Below, one piece after another: positions 1 through 12,881 of a stretch of DNA of 64,000 bases; position 1 is the stretch's first letter; each line of letters begins with the position of its first letter. The translations under genes and the position numbers were made by a program. The DNA comes from Paraspadella gotoi (Eukaryota > Animalia > Chaetognatha): assembly GCA_051294375.1 (NCBI GenBank), contig CM119266.1, positions 15,996,760-16,060,759 on the forward strand. Direction: 5' to 3'. The notes below the pieces were generated by a model that saw nothing but the letters and a program-made list of their open reading frames with translations, was not told where the DNA came from and searched no databases.

Positions 1-69
1 GTGACGACGAAGAAATCTTCAGACTCCTCTCTCTCTCTTCTCTCTCTCTCTCCTCTCTCTCTCTTCTCT

Positions 70-129
<60 letters not shown>

Positions 130-1117
130 ATCTCTTCTTCACTCACCCTCTCTCTCCTCTCTCGTCTCGACTCAAGACGCTCTCTCACACACGAGAGGAA
201 ATAGCTGTTCATTTCCAAAGCCTCGGGCTTTGTTCGTCAGAGCTTAGTCCTAAATATAACAAACACATTTCGCTAAAATTTAAAACTTACTTTAAAACAC
301 ATGATACTTCAAATTCTTTGTTTCAATTCGCGCTCTGTGACAATTAGCGATAAAACAATTACGACTCGCGAATTCTCTCGACTCCATTTCACCTTCGCTC
401 CTTTCCCTCGCGAGACTTATTTCAGTACGGCTCCGTATTTCAGGTCCATCAACTCGAATCGACTCTCTCTCTCTTCTCTCTCTTCTCTCTCTCTCTCTCT
501 TCTCCTCTCTCCTCTCTCTATCTCTTCTTCTCTCTTCTCTCTCTCTCTCTCTCCCTCCCCGTTCCCTTCGGTGAGATAAGAGGCGCGAAACCATCAGCGC
601 GAAATCACTTAAGTGTCGTCAAAGAAACCGGCCGCCCGTAGAGAAGGTGAGTCTGGAGACGAGAAGTAATAGAGGGAGGAGGAGGAGGAGGAGAGAGGGG
701 GAGAGGGGAGGGGGAATGTGAGAGAATATAAAGCGAAGATGAAGGTGCCGGCCCATGGGCAGAAGAACGTCTGCGTGACAGACCGTCGAATGTTGTTACA
801 TCACCTGGAATGAAAGACGACGATTACGACGACGATAATGACGACGACGATCGCGACCAGCTCGTAAGCGAAACACTTTGAAGCTCTGAAGACGACTTCT
901 CTAAACTTTAGCTTAAAATCAAAACTTATCTCGAAACTTCTGCCGTTTCCACACCAAACGATTACCAAACGATTTTCCCCCTCATTTTCCCATCGGTGAT
1001 CATTGTTTATTCTCCCCTGACTTTGCACTCACTCTCTCTCTCCTTTTCTCTTTCTTCCTCTTCTCACGTCAATCACTTTAGAGACTAAAGAAAAATGCGG
1101 CGTCGTCGCTTTCGACG

Positions 1118-1247
1118 TCGCCGGCCAATCGAGTCTCTCTCCCTCGCACCTGAGTCGATGCACCGTGACGCCGGCCATCGACGTCGACCAATCACCTGTT
1201 CTCTTACCTCCGCTGTCCAATCGGCCTCCGATCCAGGTGCCGGCCAA
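1118..1247. promoter_or_regulatory. CCAAT / CACCTG E-box / GCCGGCCA triplicated module
   Basis: CCAATC at 1125, 1188 and 1217; CACCTG or CAGGTG at 1147, 1193 and 1234; GCCGGCCA at 1120, 1170 and 1239. Confidence 0.35.
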
Positions 1248-1660
1248 GCTCACTGCCCCCCTACTCAACCATCTCCCCCCCCCCTTTTTCGACATCCGAC
1301 GTCGTCTTAACCTCCGTCGCCTCCCGAGGATCCGGTCGCCGACGCCGACCGGGAAGACGATCCCCCGGCGTCGATTTCCAGCGCCGTTTCCGCTTACGGG
1401 TCACTTTTTTTTTATTCGGGGAAAGGTGGAATCTGGAAGGTGTGGTGGACGAGGTGGACGAGGTGGACGAGTTGGACGAGGAGGATCGATCAGGGGGAAA
1501 GAGGATGAAAGGATAAGCGAACTCGGCCGAGAGGAAAAAGCGACGAAAGAAAGGAAAATATATATCGGGTAATCGGGTCGAAGTTGGTTCCACATTTCGG
1601 TCAGAAGCGCGAGTGGCTTCGAATTTCTAGACGTGGAAATATGCGACGCTGCAGTATCCC

Positions 1661-1707
1661 GTTGTTGTTGTTGTTGTTGCTGTGGTTGTTGTTGTTGTTG
1701 TTGTTGT
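1661..1707. repeat. (GTT)n microsatellite
   Basis: About 15 units with one interruption. Confidence 0.95.
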
Positions 1708-2439
1708 TTCTTACACCGTCTCTTCCTTTCCTTTTCCCATTTCCTCCGTTTCAATAAAGAAACAAAGCTGTCAGATCTCCCTCACACCTCTCGCTCTCTC
1801 TCGGGCCAACGTTATCTCTTCGTCTCACGACTCTCCTTTTCTCTCTTTTTCTCTCTTTCCTCCTTTTTTTCTTTTTCTTTCTTTCCTTCTGTCGCGAAAC
1901 TGCTTTGGCCCGACGAGGGTCGTAAAAGTCTCTGGACTCAATAAACAGGTGCTTCCTCGCTCGATTCACCCCTTCTCCTCTCTCCTCTTCTCCCTTCTCT
2001 CTTTTTCTCCCTCTTCCTTCTCTCTGCTTCCTCTTCTCCTCTCTCTCTCTCTCTCTCTCTTCCCTCTCTCTCCACCTTCCTTTTCTAAATACCCCTCCTT
2101 GATAGCGCTCCGAGGCGAGCCGGCAGGCGTTGCCGGCGTGGCTGAGCGACTCAATCTATCATTCCCTTCTTCCGGACCCTTGTTCCTCTCAATTCCTCTC
2201 ATTCATCCTATAGAACTCCATAAACGAGGTGATTTCCTTTCCTTCTTTCTTTGTTTCTTTCTTTTTTATTTTCTTTCTCTCTGCCGCAAAAGATAAGAGG
2301 GAAAAAAAAAACCAATATTTTGACCTTCTTCACCTGGGCCCATCTCCCACCCCGCCCTGCCTCTTTTCCCGCTTCAAAAATTGCCACTTTTTCGGCATTT
2401 TACTATATTCCTTTCTTTCTGCAGCGCCTCATCTGCCTC

Positions 2440-2483
<44 letters not shown>

Positions 2484-3039
2484 TCTCTCTCTCTCTCTCT
2501 CTCTCTCACCTCTCTCTCTCTCTCTCTCTCTTCTTCTCTCCTCTTTGCCCTTTAAACGACCAAAAAAAACGAGGCACTTACCGTCTTTTTTCTGTTGTTC
2601 ATCAGGTGAAAAGTCGTCGTCGTCGTTCGTCTCGTCGTCCGTCGTCGTCGGCGGAAGTTGCCTCCGGCGAGGGAGGCCCAAGCGTCGCCTCCAACGACCC
2701 AATAAGGCAGACTCGTCCGCCGTTTTTTCAGCCCGGGGATTGTGTGTTCCTTTGTCGTTGTCGTTGTTATTTTTGCTGCATGGTTCGGTTCAGCCTGATA
2801 TTGCTTCGTCAACGATGGCAAGAAAGAAAGAGCAGACGTCTGAAAAAGGCATTTGATTGTCATTTTTTTTGTTCAACAAAAAAATATTTTATAATAATCT
2901 TTATATATATGTTGTTTCTGTATTTCGAATTTTTTTCACGTTCCTTTGTCAAGTTAAGTGGACTTCTTCGTTCAACCGAGCCGTTCAGAGAAAGAAATGT
3001 CAGCGGAGAAAATGGGAAAAAAAAGAAAAAGTCGGGGGG

Positions 3040-3079
<40 letters not shown>

Positions 3080-3402
3080 GAGCGAGAGAGCAGAGATGAG
3101 AGAGAGAAGAGAGAGAGGAGAAGAGAGAGAGGAGAGAGAGAGAAAGAAGAAAGAAAAATACCTGCGCGAGTCACCGGAAACAAATTACATTAGGAGCCAC
3201 GTTATTGATGGACAAATCGTGTTTACACGAGGAGGAAGGGGAAAGCGGGGATGGGATGAGAGGGATGAGGGCCGGGGGCGGTTGGGTGAAGAGGATTTAA
3301 GAGGCGAAAGAAGGAAGGGCGAAAAAGTGAAAACGGTCGCCATTTTTCAAATGGAACATTACTTCATTTCACTTCACCTCCCCTTCCTCGACGCATGCGG
3401 TT

Positions 3403-3454
<52 letters not shown>

Positions 3455-3691
3455 AGTGAGAGAGAGAGAGGAGAGAGAGAGGGATGTGAGAGAGAAGAGG
3501 AGAGAGAGAGAGAGGAAAGAAGAGAACCTGGAAGAAAAAATGTTCGTTCGCGTAGAACCGAGTTTATTTAGTTTCTCTTCTTTCTTTTTGTACGTGGGAT
3601 TTCGCTGACAATGTTCGTTAGTGGAATATTTCACTTCTCCGGTGAATTAAAAGAGATGAGAGAGAGAGGAGAGAGAGAGAGGAGAGAGAGA

Positions 3692-3730
<39 letters not shown>

Positions 3731-3897
3731 AGAGAGAAAGAAGGAACGGTATAAAAAAAAACACACACCTAAATTGGAGAAGGAAACTGCTGACTCATTG
3801 TTGATCAGAGACCCTTTCCATTCCAAAACCCAAGCACCATTCTCCACCCCCAACCTGCCTTCTCAATTAAACAAAAATCACCCTCTCTTCTCTCTCT

Positions 3898-3931
<34 letters not shown>

Positions 3932-3937
3932 CTCTCT

Positions 3938-3987
<50 letters not shown>

Positions 3988-4545
3988 CGATGCTCGTTTT
4001 TAATTCCTTTAATCGCGTTACGGCCCGCGGTCGAAATGAAGAGCTATTACCTGAAAGAGGGAGCTGCGAGTTTCCCCGTCGGTCGGAGGATAAACAAAAA
4101 AACGAGCCGCGGCGGAGACGCGACACGACGACGACGACGAGACCGACGACGACAACATGGAGTTTCCCCGTGAGAGACGACGGGAATACGTTTCGAGGTA
4201 TCGGAGAAAAAAAAACAACGAACGATCGAATGAAAGAATTAAACTGGTATTTTAAATTATATGTAATCCTGTACGTATAAATGTTTAAGCTATAAGAAAA
4301 ATAACGATGAACGAACGAAAATATATCTTTTTACCTTCTTTTCTTCCCCTCTCTTGGCTCTCCCTCTCTTTTCCTATTTTCTTCTTCCTCCTCCATAAAA
4401 GGTAATGAAATTATGAGTCCTCAATCGAAAAAGCAATTTGTTAAGGTGGGCGGCGACGGCGGCAGCGGCGCGGCGGAAGCGGCGTCGTTGCAGGCGGCTG
4501 CTCGGTCGGCGGCGGCATTGGTTCCCCCAAGATGATTGCGGACTT

Positions 4546-4640
<95 letters not shown>

Positions 4641-4865
4641 GTTTCTGAAACTTACGGTTCGGAAGGAGAAATTGATTTCGAAACTGCGGTTGGATTAACT
4701 TTAGCCATATAACTCGATTACGGCGCTTTGCTTCACAACTAACGATAACGATTATAAAAAAAATAGCTCCTTAGCTGAGTCTCTTTCTCAGATTTCAGTC
4801 TGTAGAGCGAAATTAATTCAGAATCAATTTTGCGTCTCGATCTCGGCAACAAAAACAAAAACAAA

Positions 4866-5568
4866 ATGGAGAACGTGACGATGTTGGGCTACGACTCTTA
4901 CCTTCGCGCGGCGACGTTCGCTCCCGAGGATCGGCCGCCCATCGCAATCAAGAGGCGAGCTCCCCAAGTGGAGAGCTATCGCGACCACAAGGGATCCTTC
5001 ACCAAGATGAACGATCAGAGGCATCGGCACATTCGGTGGGAATCGGGTTGGATTGGGTATTAAGTTTGAACGGCCATCGTGGGCGAGAGGGAATCGGTTA
5101 GAGCGAAATCCTTTTCGACCGAAAGTTTCACTCCATAACTGAATTATATATTTAAAAACATCATCTGCACATTGCAGTCGACCAGAAGATCCCCACGAAT
5201 TGTACCGTTGGTCGCCGACGCAAGGATATGAGGTCGGTTTCTGGCATCGCCACGTCCCGATCGAAGGCGGACCCCTCCATGAGGTTTTCTTTTACTCTTT
5301 TTAAGATTAAATAATTGTTATAATTTCCTTTCTTTGTCGTTGTGTTTGGGACATAAGGAAAAAGTTTAAATTGTGATTCAACGGAATCACAATTTAAACT
5401 TTTTCCTTAAGATTTAATAAAAAAACAAAGAATTTTACAAACTTACCCTCCCCGTTGCAACAGAATCTTGCTTGGACCTTCGTTCAGCGCCGACCCCAGT
5501 TGTCAAGCGAAATGACGACCTACGTTGACAAGATGGTTCGGGCCGACGGGTCCTTTAGACTTTATTGA
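4866..5568 (+). CDS. TEX49: TEX49/SPMIP11-like (testis-expressed 49, sperm/ciliary microtubule inner protein), 3 exons, 126 aa
   Basis: Manual splicing: exon 1 4866-5035, intron GTGGGA..TTGCAG (142 nt, phase 2), exon 2 5178-5283, intron GTTTTC..CAACAG (180 nt, phase 0), exon 3 5464-5568 ending in TGA. Uninterrupted protein: MENVTMLGYDSYLRAATFAPEDRPPIAIKRRAPQVESYRDHKGSFTKMNDQRHRHIRRPEDPHELYRWSPTQGYEVGFWHRHVPIEGGPLHENLAWTFVQRRPQLSSEMTTYVDKMVRADGSFRLY. Size and motifs (N-terminal LGY, PPI, central P..LYR.S.T..YEVGFW, C-terminal W...R....SEMT.YVD.M...D..F.LY) match my recollection of TEX49/SPMIP11. Not database-checked. Confidence 0.85.
5354..5409. repeat. Perfect inverted repeat (26-bp stem, 4-nt loop) inside intron 2 of the TEX49-like gene
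   Basis: TAAGGAAAAAGTTTAAATTGTGATTC (5354-5379), loop AACG, GAATCACAATTTAAACTTTTTCCTTA (5384-5409); the arms are exact reverse complements. Confidence 0.95.
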
Positions 5569-7990
5569 AATATTAACGAATCTTAGTTTTATGCTAGTGA
5601 GTGCGTTTTGTGTTTTAATGTGTAAACGTAACAATTTTAGATCTTTTAGACGAATTCCGTGTAATAATCTAGAGAGTTTTTTTAACCTAAAATAGAACGA
5701 ACCATTGTATAATTGTCTGATTTATACAAAAAGTTAACGAAAGAATTACTTTGACCAATGATGCCAAGTTTAGACGAAAAAGTATTCGAGTTTCCCCATT
5801 TTCAAGGAAAGGACCCGGCATCAGTTTTCTTTCCTCTTTGTCTCGATTCCAAGTTGCTGGAGGGCAACCGACCCGTTTTGCTTGGTTTGCTTGATGAGTT
5901 TCTCTCGCCTCCGAAGGCCATTGGGATTTTCAAGCTTTCTTACCTTCAGCTAAGATCGCGCTTGGTTGCGCTTTTCTTTGTCTTCCCTCAATGGTAGTCG
6001 TCGTCGTCGTCGTCTTCGTCGTCATCGTCTTTTCGGTGATCCTCGCTGTCCCTAATCCCGCACCGTTTCCTATTTTATGAGTCTGTTGACTTTGCCTCCC
6101 CCCTTCATTTTTATCCTCTCTCTCTCCTCCCCCCCCCCTTTCGACTCCTCAATGTCCATCCATCGACAGCAATGACCTCCTTATCCTTTCCACATCCCAA
6201 GTCCGAATCTCTCTTCAACCTCCCCCCCCGACTCTCCGCCTCTACCTACTCGTAAACCTTAGCCTCGCCGTCGCGAACCCATGGGGCTCTCTCCCTTTTT
6301 CGTTCCCAACTGACCGAAAATGGCGACGTCGACTGCTTAAAAGGATTCTAAACATTCGAGTCGTCAAACAGACTCGAGCCAAGTTTTAGCAGGGGGGGGG
6401 AGGTTGGACGAGCGTGGGGGAGAGTTCTTTAGTTAATTACCTTTCTTGGTTTACTCGCTTATTCATTTTTTTTCCATTAATTTTAATACATATTTTATAA
6501 CGAATTACTCGTGGATGCCCCTATATCTTAAACCCATCCAACGCGCATCCGCGCTAAAACCTTGCCCCCCCCTTTCTCTCTATCGACTCTCTAAATCAGA
6601 GTCGATCCTAATCTCCGAATTTGGAGGAGGGAATAAACCGAGACTTGATGGCTGTTGGCCAGTGAGGCGACGCCTTTGTCGCAGAATGGAACTTCGCCAA
6701 TTCGGAATGGACAACTCGTTGAATTCGAAGATAACAAATTTAAAATTTAAAAATGAAACTAAAATAGCGAAGACTTGAGACTTGTTTGTTCGTAGCGGGG
6801 CAAAATTACAAATATTTAACATTGTACATGAAAGAATCTAAAAATCATTCGTCTATGACTGGCGCCACCTGGACGTCTTTCAATCAAAGGAAGAAAAAAA
6901 GAGCAGCTCGATAAATATCGGATTCCACTATCAAGGAGAAATTCTGGAAGCGGGAGGTGGAATCACGTGTGAGAAACAAATCTCTTACTCTTATTGACAT
7001 AGTTTTAGCATAAGTTTGTTTTTTTGTTGTTTTTTTTCGGCAGAGTTTAAAATAAAAAAATCAACAGTAAAAATTAAATAAAGAAATAATAATTAATGAT
7101 GAAAAAAAAGGAAATAACTGATCAGATAAAAACAGAAACTGGAAAGCTCGAAGCGCATTGAACAAAGAAACATGGAAGAAGAAAACGGGGAAAAGCGAAA
7201 GGGTAATATTTTTCGCGCAAAGCTTAAGGGCAGAAGGTTATTTCGGCGGCGGAGGCGATTCTGGCGGCGGCGTCTATCGATTGCAACAATCGTGATTGTC
7301 GGAGCGAAAGTGAAAGCGTCAGGCGCGGACGCTTGCAAATGTACTTTGAGCCCAGAGAAACGTGATCAGAGCGAATGCACGTATAAGTTGTCTAATTCTC
7401 TAATTGTGTAACTTTACAAAAACAAAAAAAATTAATCCTTTATCTGATATCGACGTTCTATACTTTATCACTATCACAATCAGTTTCTAATCCGAAACCA
7501 CAGCCCCATCGCTCCTCACTCGTTTGTCAATCCATAACCTGAATCCCCTCCACTTCTTACCATAAGTGAACGTGTGTGAGTCCCCCTCATCCCAAACCAT
7601 AACCCGCTCCACATCTCACATCTTCATTTCCTCGGGACCCAATCTTCCATCCCTGTCCATATGGATCCAAAGGTAATCAAACACGAGGGAGCCGGTCCGC
7701 GCGCGCCAGAGCCTCGCCCTCGATGCGAGCACGTCGCTCTCTCGCTCGCGCCGGCCTAAAACCAGATTATTTGGATCCCGTCGAAGAGAGAGTTTCTCTT
7801 ATTTTGTCTGATATTATTATACGTGCATAGTTAGTTACATGTTGGCATAAGTTCTTAGTTCATTAATTTAAGGTTAATTTAAGTAGGGCGTGACTGATAA
7901 AGCACACTTTGGTTTGGATTAGATTTTTTGTAAAAGTGAAAAGCGATTTTACCCTGAGTCTGCAGCTCCGTTTCATGAATTCGATATCGG

Positions 7991-8099
<109 letters not shown>

Positions 8100-9237
8100 T
8101 CCTGTGCAATCAAAGGCAGCATCAATACCAATCTAACGGCGGATTAATTCATCCCGTTCCGTCCCGAACGCAATGAGGAATCGAAAAAAGTATTTTCCTG
8201 GATTCTCTCTCCTCTGGCGGCGGCGACATCATCGCTCTCAGATCGGACGCCGCTGCCGCAGGCACCGCCGCTGCCGCCGCCGCCGCCGACGCTTCCCGAT
8301 GGTTATCAGGACATCGAAAAGGATCGCGTGGCGTGGCATCGTTAGGAGTGCCGGATGACAAAGAGTGTTGTTCATTGAAACTTTTATTTACGGGTCAGCC
8401 TCAAGATGGTTGGAGAGGTTGCAAATTATAGGATGAGTATGGTAAAAAGAGTGTTAAAAAGAGTGAAGAGAAGAGAAGAGAAGAGAAGTTAACTGCGTAG
8501 ACGGAGGGGCTATTAGTGAAGAGACGTTAGCGTCGAAGATAGGCTTCCGTAGAAGAGACATGTGGCCGAGTAGAGGAGTGAAAAGAGAGGTTGGTCGCGT
8601 AGAAGATTCAGAAGAGTGGTTGGTCGCATAGAGGAGTGAGATGAGAGCATGGAATTGGGTAAAGAGTCGATCCTCGTTTCGATCGGCGGATAAAGAGGAG
8701 GCGACGCCCACCTCAGCTGCGGAGGTCGCATGTGGTAACCTGATTACAATAAGCGGGCGAATCGCGGGGGAGAGAACGCCGATATGTTCGATATGATTTA
8801 TCGAGGATTTTTTTCGTTGATGGGGTTTGTGTGGGAAGGGAGAGAAACAGCTTGATTTTCTTCCTATATCGCTACATTAGTTCGTAGACATTCCTGACTT
8901 ACTTCGTTTTATGTTTTGTCTATGTTTTTGTCGTTTCGGCTAAATTCAAACCGTCGGTCTTTACTTTAATTCATTTTCTACTCTAAAGACTTTTCTACTA
9001 TTGTAAAGCACCTATAACCATACTGGCTTACCCAAGTTCATTAAACAAAAACACGAGCGCATCTCCCAAAGATAAATAAAACCGTACTTTGTCATTTAAG
9101 CCCAATTAGGTTCATCCAATCAAAATCTCTCCCAGATTTCAACTCACCCAATTTCCTTCTTTATTGCGGGCGGCCCCACTCTCGCCCCCTACCGCTCTCT
9201 CCTCTTCCCCTTTCGCTCAACCCGCTTTCCAACCTTC

Positions 9238-9345
9238 ACGCGCGCATTCACGGGCACGCGCTCGCGCCCGCGCTCTCCTTGATTGGCGCCCGCCAAACCG
9301 GAAGTCGTATAATTGCACGTGGGGACGCGACATCCGGGGATTCAG
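9238..9345. promoter_or_regulatory. CpG-rich promoter-like motif cluster
   Basis: Within about 45 bp: inverted CCAAT (GATTGG, 9281), E2F-like inverted pair TTGGCG-CC-CGCCAA (9283-9296), ETS site CCGGAAGT (9298-9305) and E-box CACGTG (9316-9321), next to a CGCG-rich stretch. No transcript evidence. Confidence 0.5.
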
Positions 9346-10677
9346 CGCCGCGCGCAAGGGGATTCACGGCCGAAAAATGGAGCGAAATCCGGATGTAATT
9401 GGAATTCGTTTAAAGGATTTTTTTAAGGGGAAAAAAAGGAAGCTTTTAAAGAAAGGAACCTGAGCCTATTTTATCCCAGTTTCGAGTGTAAATCTAAAAT
9501 TCAAGTTATTTTAATGATGGTTTCATTTAGTAATCTACGACGGATTATCTGATTTATAAACGTTTTATTTCACCAGTTTTTACTATTGTTTCCTCCACTT
9601 TGTTGTTATATTCCTTTCTCGAATTCTTCCAATATCTCAAACCGTTCCCCTTCCCACTAATTTTCTTTTTCTTTCTTTTTCCCTACTTCCTTTTGTCGAC
9701 GGTTAACAATTCTACCTTTTTGTCTCGGTTTTTTTTTTCTTTTAATTTTCTTTTCTCTCTTTTCTTTTTCTTGGGCTTTCTCTCCTTTTCTCCCTTTTTT
9801 TTTTCTCTCTCTCTCTCTCTCGTCCTGCTTCTCCTTATTTCCCTCAGCGTCAATAACTTGATTAGGTTAGCCTTTGACTTCGGTTTAGGGAAACCGTTCG
9901 CCGCCGAGGATGTCATGGGGTTGTCGGGGCGGAATATTTTCGGGCGAAGAAGGAAAAGAGGGTTTCGTTCTCCTTCAAATCGAAAAGGAAACGCGTCGTT
10001 GGTCGCGGGGAAATGGGGGGTGCGAGGGGGGGGCGTGTGGGGCAAGGCAACGAGGAGGCGGGGGGGGCGGGGGAAAGAGCGACCTTTCGACGGCCCTTTG
10101 CTGAGAGATTGAAAAGGTATCGTTGTTTGTGGGGACTGGGGGAGCGGGGATTGTCGGTTCTTGAGATGGCGCCTTAATGGTAAGTGAGTTGGGCGGACGG
10201 TTGGACCCCTTGTTTCGATCTCAGATCTCAGTCATTCAGCGCAGAAAAAAAATGACTCAGCCGGAATTCAGGATGATTCATTTTTTCGAAAACAAGCTTA
10301 CGTTTTCGTTTTGAATTTTGAATAACTAAATACTTAACTTACAGTCCTTCACTTAGTGATACTGTAGTTCACCTGAATCTATAATTCTTTTTATTTAATT
10401 TATTTCCCTTTCATCTTCCCATACCGACCCTATTTATTTCTTCATTTCCTATTTTTCTTCTTTCCTCATTTTTCTTTTCTTTTTCTTCCTTCATTCTCCT
10501 TTTTCCTCATCTCCAACCCCCTGCATTTCTTCCACGGCCGATAATCAACCTCTTCCTATTCTCCCCCTCCGGTCTCCACTCCTCCCTTCCTCGACAGTCA
10601 TCCATCCTCTCGGTCAGCGTAATGGCGATTCTATTTACCTTCGCAGAGCTCAACTTGATGGCTCAAGCGCCGCGCAG

Positions 10678-10756
<79 letters not shown>
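10678..10756. repeat. (GAC)n microsatellite, about 26 units
   Basis: Near-perfect GAC run with one GGC interruption. Confidence 0.97.
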
Positions 10757-12109
10757 CCTCGGCCGCTGCCGCCGCCCTATAACGGCCGAAAGCCATAGAT
10801 ATGAATTTATGGCGTCGGCGGCTGCGAGGAAGTAAACGCTCCGACAACAATAACTGTTGTTCGCTTTCTTTCCACTTTGGCTCCACATCGTCTGTCGGGA
10901 CTGACAGAACGATCTCACTGTTGGTTACAGCGATTGCCGCTTCGACGCCAACGATGACTTTCTGCAACTTGATGCTTATCCGGCTGTCCCTTACCTTGCT
11001 GTCCCTTGAACGAGGTAACGAAAATCATTCTGAAAGTTCCGCTCTACTTTTTCAAACTCGAAGTCGCCAGTCCTGAGTTGGCTGTGCGACATCTTCATCT
11101 CCATTGCTTTAAGTTTCAGGTGCAAGAATTTTTTAATCTTAGGTTCCCATGTGTTATGGATTTTCCTCTTATTTGAATTAAAATTAATTTATCGGTTTTT
11201 GTCTTCAGCCTTCAGGTTTACCAATCCTTAAACTCGCTGCCACTCCTTAGCTCAAGTTTAGTTTAATTTTAGCAAATCTAAGACAATATGTATGATCCTC
11301 TTCTGTAAAAAGAGTCTTGGCTTTTGTAAGTTTTAATCTCAGCGTACCTGTGTATGGATCCAGCTTTCTTATCTGACTCACCTAGTAGATTAGTATCTCC
11401 AATTTTCATCCACTCCTGATTGAAGAATTCCCTCAATGATTCAGGCCTGCCACTCCTAAGACTCGACTCACCGCATTCGCCCTCGGCGTCGGCGCCAGCG
11501 CCGCCTGGATTCGGCGCCCGTCGTCGCCAAAGCAAAGAAAGAAAATGAAAACAAAGAGAAGGAAAAACAAAAGGGAAGCACGTGTGAAGAAATTGTTTTG
11601 TGAGGAGGAGGAGGAGGAGGAGGAAGAGCAGGAACGAAGGAAAGGACGAAGAGCCGGAAGAGGAAAGAAATCCAGGAACCAAAAAAGGAGAGAGAGAGAG
11701 AGAGAGTCACATAAAGAGAGAGAGAAAGGAGAGGTTTGCTTTTTATGATGAGATAAAGAAGAAGATTTTCATCGAGAAAAAAAGTTTTCTTTCTTTTTGG
11801 TTTTCTTTTTTTGGAGTCAATGAAGCAGGGATTGTTGTTGAACATTGTCTTTCATTCATAGTAACGTTCCGATGAAACACCAAAAAATCTTTCGTTTGTT
11901 ATTGTTATTGTTTCATTATTCAAATAAAATTAGTTCAATTTCCCAATGTAACGAAGGAGAACGACGAAAAGGCAAACAATTGTTTCATCGCCGTCTCTCC
12001 TTTTATCGATATTCGTTCTACCTTTTTCAGTTTGGGAGATCCTCATCTCTCTCCGGCTGCAACAGATTAATAGATTTTTTAAGCCGGAAAGGGAGAAGAG
12101 AGAGAAGAG

Positions 12110-12149
<40 letters not shown>

Positions 12150-12703
12150 AGAGATGAGGGGAGACACAAAGGCGGTTTGAGGGAATTGAGCCAAAGTCGG
12201 ATTTTACGGTGGGATTGTAAGAGGATGAGAGGAAGTGAGAAAGGGAAGCGGATGACTCATGAACAAAGAAAGCAAGTGAGAAAAATAGAAAATAATACAG
12301 ACAAATATGGATAAATATGCTAATTGACATTAGTTCTTATTTATATCTTTTAATTTTAAAGGTTTGTCAAAATTTTCTTAGAGAAGACTATCTTTCAATT
12401 TCGAAAGATTGCAAAATCTTTTCTCTCAACCTCTTCGCCTGATATCTCACCAATTCACCAACCCACCATCCAACCATTCCACCTTGCCCCCCGACCCTTC
12501 CGCGCCCCTCCCCGCCTGCCCTGTTTCTCTTGGCCTCAGTTTACCTTCGAAAATCCTCCGGGGAACAAAGACGAGATTCATAACTCATCGAGGGCAGAGG
12601 ACCGCCGACGAGTAGGGGCGGAAGGAGAGAGATAACCAGAACAACAACAACGAAAAACACGAGAAAAATCAACAGTGAAAACAAATAAAAGAATTGGGGG
12701 ATA

Positions 12704-12881
12704 NNNNNNNNNNNNNNNNNNNNNNNNNNNNNNNNNNNNNNNNNNNNNNNNNNNNNNNNNNNNNNNNNNNNNNNNNNNNNNNNNNNNNNNNNNNNNNNNN
12801 NNNNNNNNNNNNNNNNNNNNNNNNNNNNNNNNNNNNNNNNNNNNNNNNNNNNNNNNNNNNNNNNNNNNNNNNNNNNNNNNN
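12704..12881. other. Assembly gap (178 N), first of 11 gaps in the window
   Basis: N runs counted in the sequence. Other gaps: 27288-27473 and 34068-34315; 10 N at 33803, 34992 and 41092; 25 N at 27159, 32900, 45228, 49797 and 61340. Confidence 0.98.

Noticed and set aside
4835-4865. RFX X-box upstream of the ciliary gene
   Set aside because: Only the GGCAAC half-site is present; the other half does not fit the consensus.
4830-5063. 77-aa single-exon ORF as given in the track
   Set aside because: It is exon 1 of the TEX49-like gene extended upstream to a TTG and read through into intron 1.
5821-6053. Coding-looking minus-strand stretch downstream of the TEX49-like gene
   Set aside because: Stops in all three frames within about 40 codons; the impression is driven by a (GAC)n tract.
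10631-11530. Possible minus-strand multi-exon gene (MEMKMSHSQLRTGDFEFEKVERNFQNDFRYLVQGTAR and neighbouring frames)
   Set aside because: Good donor-like sites but no convincing acceptors, stops between segments, and no recognisable homology.
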